Part shown: positions 1 to 10,994 of the stretch, piece by piece
Position numbering within the stretch: the first letter of the stretch is position 1
Layout of the letters: every line of letters starts with the position of its first letter
NCBI GenBank assembly: GCA_043228905.1
Contig: JBHGNT010000008.1
Location: 15,500,001 to 15,564,000 of the forward strand
DNA length: 64,000 nucleotides
Source of the DNA: Azolla caroliniana
Lineage: Eukaryota; Plantae; Polypodiophyta
Reading direction: 5' to 3'
Translations under genes and position numbers: made by a program
Notes under the pieces: generated by a model
Told to the model about the DNA's origin: nothing
Seen by the model: the letters and a program-made list of their open reading frames with translations, nothing else
Databases searched by the model: none

Positions 1-343
1 CACGGCTGCTCTCTCTTCACTCCTCTAGAGTGGAAAAACAGAAAAATGAATAGCAACAGTAAAACTGTTTGCCCTAAGTCATATTTATACACATATGACT
101 TTGGGGCTATTTACAACTATAGCCTCAAGGGCCCTTGGCAAACATATTCACAGATATGTCCCCGCATCCGGATCTCTCTCCGGGTACATTCGGCATCCGG
201 CTCCGTAGCCGGGGTCTTCATCATCCGGATCCGAAACCGGGTCTTCGTCATCCGGTTCCAATACCGGGTACTCCTCATTCGGGTCTTCATTCCCGATTCC
301 CGGACATCTGATCATCCCATCCGGAGGGACCGTAATCCCTACA
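1..343 (-). mobile_element. LTR terminus of a retroelement inserted into the Gypsy integrase (window-truncated)
   Basis: Ends ...CCCATCCGGAGGGACCGTAATCCCTACA. Homologous to the end of the solo LTR at 15678-16340 (GCCCTA.GTCATATTTATAC...CCCATCCGGAGGGAC). Interrupts the integrase right after 'GTLSGEV'. Confidence 0.8.
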
Positions 344-3300
344 ACTTCTCCTGACAACGTCCCGAGCTGGTAAGACCCATTGTACTCCTTTGTGATCCAG
401 AATGGTCCGGTCCACCGAAATCGCAATTTCCCTGGCATGCTCCCCATCCTTGTCTGGAATAGTAATACAGGTTTCCCGACCTCGAATTCCTTTTCGTTAC
501 CGCGCCGGTGTCGGTCTACAAAGGCTTTCCTCCTCCTTTGCTCTAGTTCTAGCTGTAGCAGGCTGGCTATTCGATTTTCTTCCAGTTCTAACAGCATCTT
601 CAGTCGGATTCGTTCGGATTCCTTCTCGCTTAACCGCTCCTTAACCTGTATTCTTAAGCTAGGAATTTGGAATTCTACTGGCATGACTGCTTCCAAGCCG
701 AATGCCAGTCGGAACGGGGTCGTCCGGATGCTAGTCTTGTACGCCGTTCGGTACGCCCACAGCGCGCTCTGCAACTTCGTGTCCCAGTCGGTCCGGTTCT
801 CATTGACGATTTTTCTAAGGATGTTCTGTAGCGTTTTATTCGTTGATTCCGCTAATCCGTTGGCTTGAGGGTAGTAGGGAGTGCTTCGTTTGTGTACTAC
901 CGCATAGAATGAGGTCAAACTTTCCACCACCTGCCCGAGAAAATGTCCTCCCTGGTCACTGATCAGCTCAATCGGGCATCCGTACCGACACCATATGCAT
1001 TCATATAAAAATTTGGCCGTGGACGCCACCGTGTTGTCCCGTAGTGCCTTTGCTTCTACCCATTTGGTGCAGTAGTCGGTAGCCACTATTATATACCAAT
1101 TTCCGGTCCGCATTGCCGGTGGCTTAAAGGGGCCGACAAAGTCCAAGCCCCACTTTTGGAATGGTTCTAATGGCAAGACCGGGTGATGTGGCATCCGGGC
1201 CTGCTCCGTGGGTTGGCCCAGTCGTTGACACAGGTCGCATTCCCTGCTATACTTAACGGCATCTCTCATGGTAGTCGGCCACCATAGTCCGCTCTGCCAT
1301 ATCTTCCGGGCTGTTGTTTCGCCGGCATAATGCCCGCCTGCAATTCCACAGTGGGCTTCTCTCAGGATCAGATCCTTTTCATCGCTCCGCACTGCTCGCC
1401 TCCATACGCCATCTGCCCCCTTGTGATAGAGGGTGTCTCCTACCAAGCAGAAATGTCTGCTCCGTACTGCCATCCTCTTCCGTTCGTCTCGGTCCAGGTT
1501 TTCCGGGGGAACTCCGGTGCTCAGGAACTGATGCATTTCGGTTAACCATTTGTCTTCGTCCGCTATTGTGGTCTCCGTTGCCGGTGTCGTCGTGACCTTA
1601 AACAGCTCGGCGTCGGGAAATTCGTCCTGTACGCCGTCCCCTGCTTCTCCGGATTCTAGCCTGCTCAGGTAGTCTGCTACCGCATGCTGCACCCCGGGTC
1701 GGTGGAAAATGTCGAATTCGAATTCCTGTAATAGCAGCGTCCATCGTGCGAGTTTTCCTGTCAGGGCTGCCTTTGAGACCAGGTAGAGTAGTGCCGAGTG
1801 GTCAACGTGGAAGGAGAACTTTCGTCCGAGCAGATAGTGCCTGTACTTGGTGACACTGTACACCATTCCTAATGCCTCTCGTTCCGTTGTAGAGTAGTTT
1901 CGTTCGGCTTTCGAGAGTTTCCTGCTTGCGTAATACACCGGCCGATACCATTTCGGTTCTGTGAGTTGCATCAAAACGCTGCCGATTGCTACGTCCGACG
2001 CGTCGACGAACACGTGAAAGCTTTTACTCCAGTCCGGCGGCTGCACCACCGGAGCTTGTGACAGCATGACCTTCAATGCTTGGTAGGCTGCCTCCTCCGT
2101 TTCTGTCCATTGGAAAGGTACTCTATGTACAGCAGCATGCAATGGTGTCGCAAAGTCGGCAAGGTGCCGTATCATCCGACTATGCCACCTTATTTGACCA
2201 AGGAATCGGCTTAAAGCTTTTGCGCTATTCGGTGCCGGTGCGTCGAGAATTGCTTTTACCTTATCCGGATCTACCGCGATTCCTTCTCGACTCACCACGT
2301 GGCCTAACAAGTTGCCGCTTGCGACTCCAAAGACGCACTTAGCCGGGTTCAGACTTAATCGGTACTCGCGGCACTTTTCTAAGCATAGTCGTAGGTGATC
2401 GAGATGCTCTCCGTGTCGGCTGTAGACGGCGAAATCGTCTAGGAAGACCTGCATAAAACCGGGAATAAAATCTCCGAAGATTTCCATAATTATCCTTTGA
2501 AATGTTGCAGGGGCTGTCTTTAATCCGAACATCATCACGACCGCGACGAACACTCCCCATTCCGTCACGAACGCTGTTTTCTCTTGGTCGGCCGGGTTCA
2601 TTCGGATTTGGTTGTAGCCGCTGAATCCATCCAGGAAGCTGTAAACTTCGTGGCCGGCCACCGCATCTAGCACTCCGTCCGTGAATGGTAGTGGAAAAGC
2701 GTCGGTCACTGTCGCGGCATTTAGTTTCCTGTAGTCCACACATACCCGGATTTTGCCGTTCTTTTTCGGGACCACCACTATCGGGCTTAGCCAGGTTGCC
2801 TGCTTGACTGGTCGGATAAATCCGACCCGGAGAAGCTTGTCAATTTCCTCCTTCACCTTTGCCGCATAGTTTGGATTCATCCGGTACCGACGTTGAGCGA
2901 TGGGTTTCGCGTCAGTACTTAGATGAATTTGGTGCTGGTAGAGCTGGGGGTCCAACCCTCGCATGTCTTCGTATGACCATGCGAACACGTCCTTGAAATC
3001 CGTTAACAGTGCTACCATTGCCTGTTTTTCCTCCTTCGGCAATTCCTTCGCGACTTTTACCGGTCGGGGTTGTTCTGTTGTGCCGAGGTCCACCTCTTCC
3101 AGCTGGGATGCTTTCACCCTTTGGGATATCGTCATTTCTCTTTCTAAGGCTTCCTGTGCTTGGCGTAGTTCCCGGATCGCCACTTTGTCCGGCTCGTCCG
3201 GCATTGTGATGTACGGCTCTACTGCTGCCGTGATATCCACCTCAAAAAGTGGGACGATCTGTGGGTGTTCCTCGAGGTACCGATCAACTTCCTCATCCGG

Positions 3301-5919
3301 TAAGCCCTCCAACATGTTGATGCTTTCGGCGTATAAGGGGGTTGCCTCCTTGCTGGTGAGTACCCGTGGTTGCGTGGCTACCCGTACCTTTGTTTTCCCC
3401 CGTCGGAACGTGATCATATTCTTTTGCCAGTTTTGCTTGATATGCGCCGTTCGCAGCCATGGTCGTCCTAACAGTAGGGGATATGCGCCTTGTACATTCA
3501 GCTCTAGTACCACGGCCGATATTCGGAATACGTGGCCTCCTATTGTTACTTCCAAGTCCCGGATAAGACCAGTTGGTCGGACTGAGCTTGTATCCGCCAT
3601 GCGTAACCAGAAGGGGCATGGTTCCCACTCCTGGATGCCTAGGTCGTCGCATGTCTGTAGACTAATGACGTTCACCCCGGAGCCTCCGTCAATAATTGTT
3701 CCTGGGATCTCCTTTCCTTTGACGATTGTCGTTATTGCTGGGCTACTGGTATCAACCACCGCTGGGCCTTCCTCCGGGTTGGAGAAAAATGCCGGTGCTG
3801 GCGTCGGCGTCGGTTTGCTCACGGCGGCTTGTAAGTCTGCTGTAAACCGCGGCACCAACTGCAGTAACCGTGCCAACGGCAGCACGATCTGACAATCTTG
3901 TAGTGCTTGCCATGTCGGGTTTTCTCCTGGCTGTACGATTTCTTCCTCCCTTGGCATATTTTGGTTTCTTACTTCCGCCGCACCTTGTTCGTTGGCTTCT
4001 TTGATCCATTGTGCCGCTTGTTTTCTGATTGCTTCCTGGGCTTCCCATTCGGCGGCTTTCCCCTTCGACCGCGTGGTAACCTGCTGTACTTCGGCTGTCA
4101 CCATGTTGACTGCTGGCTGCTTGTCGGCTGTTTTGCTTGGGCATTGATTACTGTAATGCCCTTCTTTTCGGCAGTAATAACAGTACACCCTGTGCGTGTT
4201 GCTGGATTCTCCTTTTTCCCATGTTTGGGGGAGGGGCATTCCCCGGCGGTTGTCCTCGGTCTTTTGGTTCTCCGGTGCCGCTACTGTTTTGTCATTCCTT
4301 GTTGCCTCCCGACGCTCCTCTCTACGGAAGAATCCACGCCTTTGGTTCCGTCGGAAATTCCGGTTCCCTGGCCGCCTTTCTTCTCTGCGTTGCTCGTATT
4401 CCGGGGATTCGTCTCGGTCATACCGGTCCCGGGGGTAGCTATCCCTTCGGTTCTCCTCTCGGTTATACCGGTCCCGGGGGTAGCTATCCCTTCGGTTCTC
4501 CTCTCGGTCATAGCTGTCGCGTCTTCTATCGGGGTATCTGTCGCCGCGTTCTCGTCGGTAGCGGTCGTCCCTCCGGAATCGATCCTCTTCCGGGTCCCGA
4601 TTGCGCGGTTCTATGTGTCGGACCGGTGCCGCTTGTCGAGTTAACAGGTTATACTCGCATTGGTTTGTTGTGTGGGCGCGAGAATTGCATATCATGCACT
4701 GTGCGCGCAGGGTGCAGTCAACGGTCGAGTGCCCCGAATTTAGGCATGTTGTGCATTGTAGGGCTTGTCGGAACCGGAGGTCCTCCTCCTTCGGAAGCGC
4801 CTGGTGTAACGCCCCCATCGGCAAGAAGGGGCTCGTGTTGTCCATTTCCAGGACCCGATCAATGATTTGGTCCATTGTGCTGGTGCTGAAATCGATGATT
4901 CCACACATCGCTCGAAGTGGGTCTTTTAACGCAGCCAAAAAGACTGCCTTGGCCTCCTCTTCGGGTGGTGCTCTTGCTAATTGACTGTGCAAGGTCTGGA
5001 AACGAATGATAAATTGTGGGACCGTCTCGTTTTCTCCCTGCCGAGTGGTGTAGAATTGTCCGACCAATTCCCTTTGTTCCACTCGTCTATGAAACAAGCG
5101 TAAAAACTGGGTTTTCAATGCCTCGAACGTGGCGAAGCTGCCTGGTAAGTGCTTGTCGTGCCATCGGGCCGCCGGTCCTTCTAATGTCATGCCGAATTCG
5201 GCGACTTTGGATCGGTCGGCCTCGGCCTCCGTCAGTCTCTGGGACACGTGGTTGGCTTCCCATGTTCGCAGGAATGCATACACATGCGCCTCTCCGTCGG
5301 GCTCATCCCGATACTTTGGGTACGGATACGGCATCGTGTCGTCCCACTGATTCTCCTGCGCTGGTTCCTCCGATGTCGGTCTCCGCTCCTGCGGTTCCTC
5401 CGCAGGTGGTGTTGGTATCCGCTCCTGCTGTTCCTCCGCGGGTGGTGTTGATAACCGCTCCTGCGGTTCCTCCGCGGGTGGTGTTGGTATCCGCTCCTCC
5501 CTCCTCGGCGATTGCCGGTCACCGAACTCCAGAGTTAGTTCCTCCTCTGGCTCCGATGTTGCTGAGTGATCCGACTCAAAGGGGTTGTTCCCGTGGCTGC
5601 TTTTATAGCGGGATCCCACGCTTTCCCCGCTATCCGAATCCGCCCCTAATGTTGCAAATGCCGCTGCGTCCCCGTCGCCGCCAGCGAGAGTCTGTAGTAG
5701 TGTCTCCGCTTCTTGGAGGCTGGTTATGCTACTGCCTTCGTCGGAAGCTTGTAGAACCTGGAACTGCAGTGCGTTTTCTGCGATTTGCCGAAGCGTTGTT
5801 GAGAATGACCGATCGCTCCGGATCTCGTCGACGGCTTGCTGCAGGGCTTCCCGTCGTCGCTGCCGTTCGGCGTGGCGTCTCCCTCTTTCGGTGATGTGGT
5901 CGTTATTTTGTCTAGACAT
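344..5919 (-). CDS. Gag-Pol polyprotein (retrotransposon gag, CCHC knuckles, aspartic protease, RT, RNase H, integrase)
   Basis: ORF 148..6003 with CYYCRKEGHYSNQC, IIDGGSGVN, LDGFSGYNQ...FLDD, DASDVAIG...EREAL, H-x6-H...[12 protein letters not shown]...ISDQG...AESTN. Likely ATG at 5919 (MSRQNN). The last ~65 aa come from the inserted LTR. Confidence 0.95.
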
Positions 5920-5955
5920 CCATCCCCCGGTTGTTCTCTGCACTCTGCAGGAATC

Positions 5956-5965
5956 GTGGTCGCCA
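5956..5965 (-). promoter_or_regulatory. Primer-binding site (tRNA-Arg-like, TGGCGACCAC)
   Basis: 6 nt inside the 5' LTR end. The identical motif occurs at 46409-46418 in the related element. Confidence 0.75.
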
Positions 5966-5971
5966 AAATAG

Positions 5972-6342
5972 TGTTGTATGTATGGCTGGACTAGCCGCAA
6001 CACAGGTGTCTATCCGACACTTCTCCAAAGGGGTGGTAGGGATAGGATGTTAATACACGCGTATGATAATTACACTTAAGCACAGACGAAGACAAGATTA
6101 ATCAGCATAAGCAAAACTATATTAATTCTTCGCGCTTTCATTACAAAACATCGGATCCTTTTATAGGCATCCGGCCAGATTACAATCGGTGCTCGGTAAG
6201 CAACCGTCAACCGAAACCGAATCGGTTCGGATCCGGATCGGTTACAACTACCGGATCCGTCCCTCCTAATAATTCTATTCTTATTTCTATATTTATCCGA
6301 TCCGACCTTGCTTTCCCATTTGCCTTCTCTGACCGGCCAACA
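5972..6342 (-). repeat. 5' LTR of Gypsy A (371 bp)
   Basis: TG...CA termini, adjacent PBS, shares motifs with LTRs at 45967-46401 and 60670-61104. Confidence 0.8.
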
Positions 6343-7790
6343 AGGTTCTTTGTCAGAATGTTGGATCCATTTTCGTTAGTATGGATCTTCACAAGGGTAA
6401 ACTCTCCTTCCTCCACTTTCTCCCACAACTAGTGATACCTCCTCTATATATGTTTGGTTCGGGAGTGATACGCAACATTCTTGGTTAGATGTATGGCCCT
6501 CTGGCTATCGCAGTGAAGCAAGAACTCCCTTTGATTCATTCCCAACTCATTGAGAAAATTTCTCATCCAGATAAGCTCTTTGTCGACCTCTACCACTACC
6601 AAATACTCTGCCTCTGTGGTCAACAAGGCCACATACTTCTACAGTCGTGACTGCCACGACACTGCTTCCCCTTCATAGGTCATCACGTACCCTGATGTGG
6701 ATTGACTTGATGCTGCATCCCCGGACATGTCCGAATCGGTAAAACCTTTGAGCATAGGTTTTCCGACACCATACCTAAGGCATGCCCTCAAGGTGCCTTT
6801 CAAGTACCTAAGTAACCATTTGACGACTGCCTAGTGTTCTCATCCTAGGTTACTCATATATCGGCTTACTGCCCCCACAACAAATGTTATGTTTGGTCTC
6901 GTACAAACCATAGCATACATTAAACTGTCGATGGCCGAGGCATACGGTACTGTCCTCATCTCAACCTTTTCTTTCTCGCTCCTTGCTTTGCATTCAACTT
7001 GCAGTTGGTCGGCAACACCGAGTTGACTAGCTTTGCTTCCGACATGTTGAATCTCTTCAAGATCTTTGTCACATATTTCTCTTGTGACGGCCACAACACT
7101 TTCTTAGTTCTGTCCCGAACAATGTGCATCCCTAAGATCTATTTTGCTGGTCCAAGATCTTTCACGGCGAACGACTTGCCTAATGCTTTCTTCAAGCTCA
7201 CGATCTTCTTTTTGTCTTGTCCAACTATCAAGGTGTCATCAACATATAACAAGAGAATCAAGAAGTCACCTTCATCATACCTTTTGACGAACACACAATG
7301 ATCAACCTATGTTTTTTGGAACTGATGTTCCATCATGAAGGATTCGAACTTCTTGTACCATTGGTGTGGAGCTTGTTTCAATCCATACAAGCTTGCTTCA
7401 ATCAACACACTGGGTTCTCTTTCCCTTTCTCCTCAAAGCCTTCGGGTTGCTGCATGTAGATCTCTTCATCCAACTCCCCATGCAAGAATGCAGTTTTGAC
7501 ATTCAACAGTTGGATCTCAAAATCCATGCTCGTAGCAATGCTCAAAACAGTTCTGATTGAAGTCATATTTACGACTGGTGTGAATATTTCGTCAAAGTCG
7601 TCACCCTTTTTCTGTTGAAACCCTTTCACCACAATGCGGGCTTTATACCTGGGGGTGATGTCGACTTCTCCAATCTTCACCTTGTAGACCCATTTATTCT
7701 TGAGTGCTCTTTTACATTTCAGTAGCTTTACCAAGTCGTAGGTGTAGTTCTCATGCAAGGAATCCATCTCGTCTTGCATTGCACTCAACC
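6343..7790 (-). pseudogene. Ty1/Copia RT-RNase H remnant
   Basis: AMQDEMDSL...KWVYKVK...YKARIVVKGF, VKTAFLHGEL, VPYASAI.SLMYAMVCTRP, TTEAEY...HSRTKHI, KIHTNENGSNILTK. Contains stops and frameshifts. Confidence 0.92.
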
Positions 7791-7833
7791 TTTTTTTTTA
7801 AACCTACGATTCAGACTCTTTTAATGACATTTT

Positions 7834-10081
7834 CTATATTTGATCTTGTAGGTTCCATACTTCTCCATCTCTAAAGGCAAGTTGAAACCAAAACTCATAT
7901 TTCTGAAGACCATCCGACTTAACATTATCATCCACCACAATGCCGACCTCATGAAGGCATTGACGTCGTAGGCCGAGGTGTAGCTTCACACCAAACTTTT
8001 GTTTGACGTCCAAGTATCCATGGTGGAAGAACCTTATCCGTTCAATAGATAACATTTTCTGCCTATAGTCGTTGTCGTTGTTGTGGTACCATGCCAAAAG
8101 CTTTGCCTCTTCAGTTGTGAGGCCCACATATATTTTGCACTCGGCATACTTGAAGAAGAAAGTCGTTGGGTGCTCTCTAACAAGTTGTCGGCGTGCTTCA
8201 GCCGAATGTGATCGACCAATTACAAAGTAATTGTATTGATCATGCTTTCTCACATCGAAGTCCTCAGTTGTGGAACATTCTTCGGGATCTACCATCACAA
8301 TGAAAGGCACAACTGTAGCATGCAGATTTATTTTTATTTTTTTCTTGAGATTCTGAATATGCATTTTGATCTCAAGTGGTCTTTGTCCTGTTTTCACATC
8401 TATTGGGGGCCGATGGATGTGTGTTATGGGCAAATTAAACACTTGCCCTTTTTTCACCAGTTTGCAATGCATTAACTCTCTCCGTATCTTATTATGCCCA
8501 GATGACAACACACTAGATGCCAGCTCAGCACCTAGCATCCCTCTAGTGTCCTCATCTTCGGTTGAGCTTGATGAGTCGGAGTCTGACATTTTAGTGGTCT
8601 TTTTTTTTGCTGGTCTTGATTGCACTTTAGATACCCTTTTTGGGGCCTTTACCGGGGAGGGAAAGGGCTCCCTTAGAGTTACATGGCCTTGTATATAAGG
8701 CCTCAAGGTGACAATAAGATTTTGTGAGCTTTGTAGATCTTTTTAAAAAGATTTTGGCCCACAAGATTCCTTTACTACTCGATCTTTAGAAAGGTACACT
8801 TTACTTTGAGCACTCTATCATTACAAGAATGTTGGCTGAATCTAATTTAATCTTCGTAGTCAAATCGTAAAATACGGCCATATATAAATGTGATGTCATT
8901 TTCAAGCTAACCATCGCCCTTCTTCTTTGCTGTATAAAAACACGACTTTTTTCTTGGAGTGGACGTACTGCATACACGATTCCTTGTCTGTTAGATCACG
9001 ATCAGGAAGGTCCTCACCACGAGTGGCAGTTAACATTTCCTTTTGGTTAATTCCGTCTGATGGTTGAGATTTTCTCTCCTCATTGAAGAGAAGTTTTTTT
9101 CCTCTCTTCATGTTCTGAGGAACTATTTGTTTCTGGGTCTCAATTGGAGAGGCCTGAATTCGGAGCTTGATTTTCTTCACAGGTCGGTCTAACAAGTTCT
9201 CAAACGACCTATTTAAGAAAGGATGTGCGAAAATATAAGTTAGTTGGTTCCCTAGATTAAGGTTACCTATTAAAATATACATAAGCAAACCAAGACAAAA
9301 ACTAGCAAGCGATTTGTGCTAAACTCTAAATATCAATCATAGTTTCTGTGAACATGATAGACCTTTATTGTGAATTTAAATTTAGTAAGGGCTATTCAAC
9401 TTCGAATATTATATATCTTAATAAATTTACAAGGATATGTATCATATTGGAGGTTAGGTATGGTCTATATTGATTCCATATCCCATATTGTTAAGAATTT
9501 TAATACGATAGGTTTGAATTTGGTATCATAAAGGTAATTCATGTGTTATTTTCTATTATTTTAAGCTATTATAGGTCATAAAACCTGTTTCAATAAGGGC
9601 ACTAAATGTTACAAAATATAGCAAATGTCATTAAAAAAGTCTGAATTGGATATAAAATTGGTATCTTTTCACACATATATCAATAAGTTCCACCAAAGAC
9701 ACAATATTCCTTTTTAAAAGGAGGGTTTTATACAAGAACTTGATATGGCGTATCAAGTTCCTGTTTCAAGTGGGGGATTTAAATAGTTACTCGATACGCC
9801 GTATCGAGTTCCTATATAAAACCCAAACTTTAAACAGGAACTCTATACGCTGTATTGAGTTCTTGTTTAAAGTGGGGGTTTTATATAATAACTCGATACG
9901 CCGTATGGACTTCCTGTATAAATAACCTACTTTAAACAGGAACTCGATACGGCGTATCGAGTTCCTGTTTAATAATAGTGTTTTATATAGGATCTTGAGT
10001 GCTAAAAACATATTTACAAAAAAGGTCCATACAGCCAGGCGCTTACCTGGAATCTTGGCACTCACTCTTCTTAGAAGACAT
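7834..10081 (-). pseudogene. Spliced gene encoding a ParB/Sulfiredoxin-like domain protein (transposon accessory gene)
   Basis: Exon 1 10081-10047 (MSSKKSECQDS, AG|GTAAGC), intron, acceptor TAG| with exon 2 from 9208 (RSFENLLDRPVKK...). ORF 7834-8706 contains HIQNLKKKIKIN..VVPFIVMVDP...YFVIGRSHSAEARRQL...CKIYVGLTTEEAKLLAWYHN, a ParB-N-like pattern. Frameshifted and 3'-truncated. Confidence 0.65.
9735..9965. repeat. Array of five 27-bp palindromes (GGAACTCGATACG-S-CGTATCGAGTTCC) at 51-bp period
   Basis: Units start at 9735, 9786, 9837, 9888 and 9939. The 24-bp spacers are one sequence in alternating orientation. Confidence 0.92.
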
Positions 10082-10197
10082 GATTCTCGTCGTCGATGCT
10101 AACGGGGAGATGACGATTTGGTGCTACGTGCTCTGGGCTCTGTGTACTCGTGTGCTCTGTTCTACACGTGAGTGATTGTGAAATGAGGGGGTCTTCC

Positions 10198-10205
10198 TAT
10201 TTATA
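10198..10205 (-). promoter_or_regulatory. TATA box of the ParB-like gene
   Basis: TATAAATA on minus, ~120 bp upstream of the ATG at 10081. Conserved in copy 2 (~35508-35515). Confidence 0.6.
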
Positions 10206-10361
10206 GGGATTGACCACTGTGGTTAAAGTAACCATAGTTACTTTAACCATGGTCGGTAAGTTTAAGGTTAGTTAGTTAGACCTAAGAGAGAGTTTCTTTG
10301 ACCTTAGGACACTTTTTTCTTAGACCTTAGTACACTTTATTTAGTACATAATCTTGAATGT

Positions 10362-10687
10362 ACCAATGACTCTCTAATGGATTTTAATTAAATGATGCTT
10401 ATGAATAAATCAATGATTAAATACTCAAACTAACATATTAATGATTATTTTATATTTTTGATTGCCTTTCAAGGTCATAAATAAAACAATGATAGAGGTT
10501 CATGAATGAACCAATGATTGAATTCTCAAAGCAACATTTTTATGACTCTTTAATGTTTTGTATTAAAGATGTGGCCATGAATAAACCAATGATTGAAATG
10601 GCTTATATTTAAAATGGCGGGCATTAATGAACCAATGATTGAGAAGTTCTATATTAAATATGGGTGCCATTAATTAACCAATGATTT
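10362..10687 (+). repeat. Degenerate tandem repeats with AACCAATGATT (CCAAT box) cores upstream of the transposase
   Basis: About 7 copies of ATGAACCAATGATT-like motif. More copies in copy 2 (35665-36095). Confidence 0.7.
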
Positions 10688-10994
10688 TAACTTTAAACCA
10701 ACATATATATGGCTTGGTAATGATTGTAAATATATTATACTTGATGGCTAAAGTAAATGTAATTTAAATTATATATTATAGGATTAATAAGGTAAAAAAT
10801 ATAATTGATGGACTTTATACTAACTAATTTAAGTAATTATTAATATGTTGAATAAATTTATTATATTAAAAATAATATTTTTCTTTATTGTATTAATATA
10901 ATACTAAATAATATAGACATTATATTGAGGGAGCTTATGTTTAGAGAGGAGTTTATGTTTAGAGAGGAGTTTATGTTTAGAGAGGAGTTTATGT

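Larger units (their letters stand above)
344..6342 (-). mobile_element. Ty3/Gypsy (non-chromovirus, Athila/Tat-like) retrotransposon A: 5' LTR plus gag-pol
   Basis: 5' LTR at 5972-6342 (TGTTGG...CAACA on minus), PBS TGGCGACCAC, single gag-pol ORF. Inserted in the RNase H tail of a Copia element. Confidence 0.92.

Noticed and set aside
2963-5894. Long plus-strand ORFs (309, 245, 242 and 292 aa)
   Set aside because: Antisense shadows of the GC-rich gag-pol ORF with no recognisable motifs.
9735-9965. CRISPR array (27-bp palindromic repeats with 24-bp spacers)
   Set aside because: Spacers are the same sequence in alternating orientation rather than unique, there are no cas genes, and the context is a eukaryotic intron.
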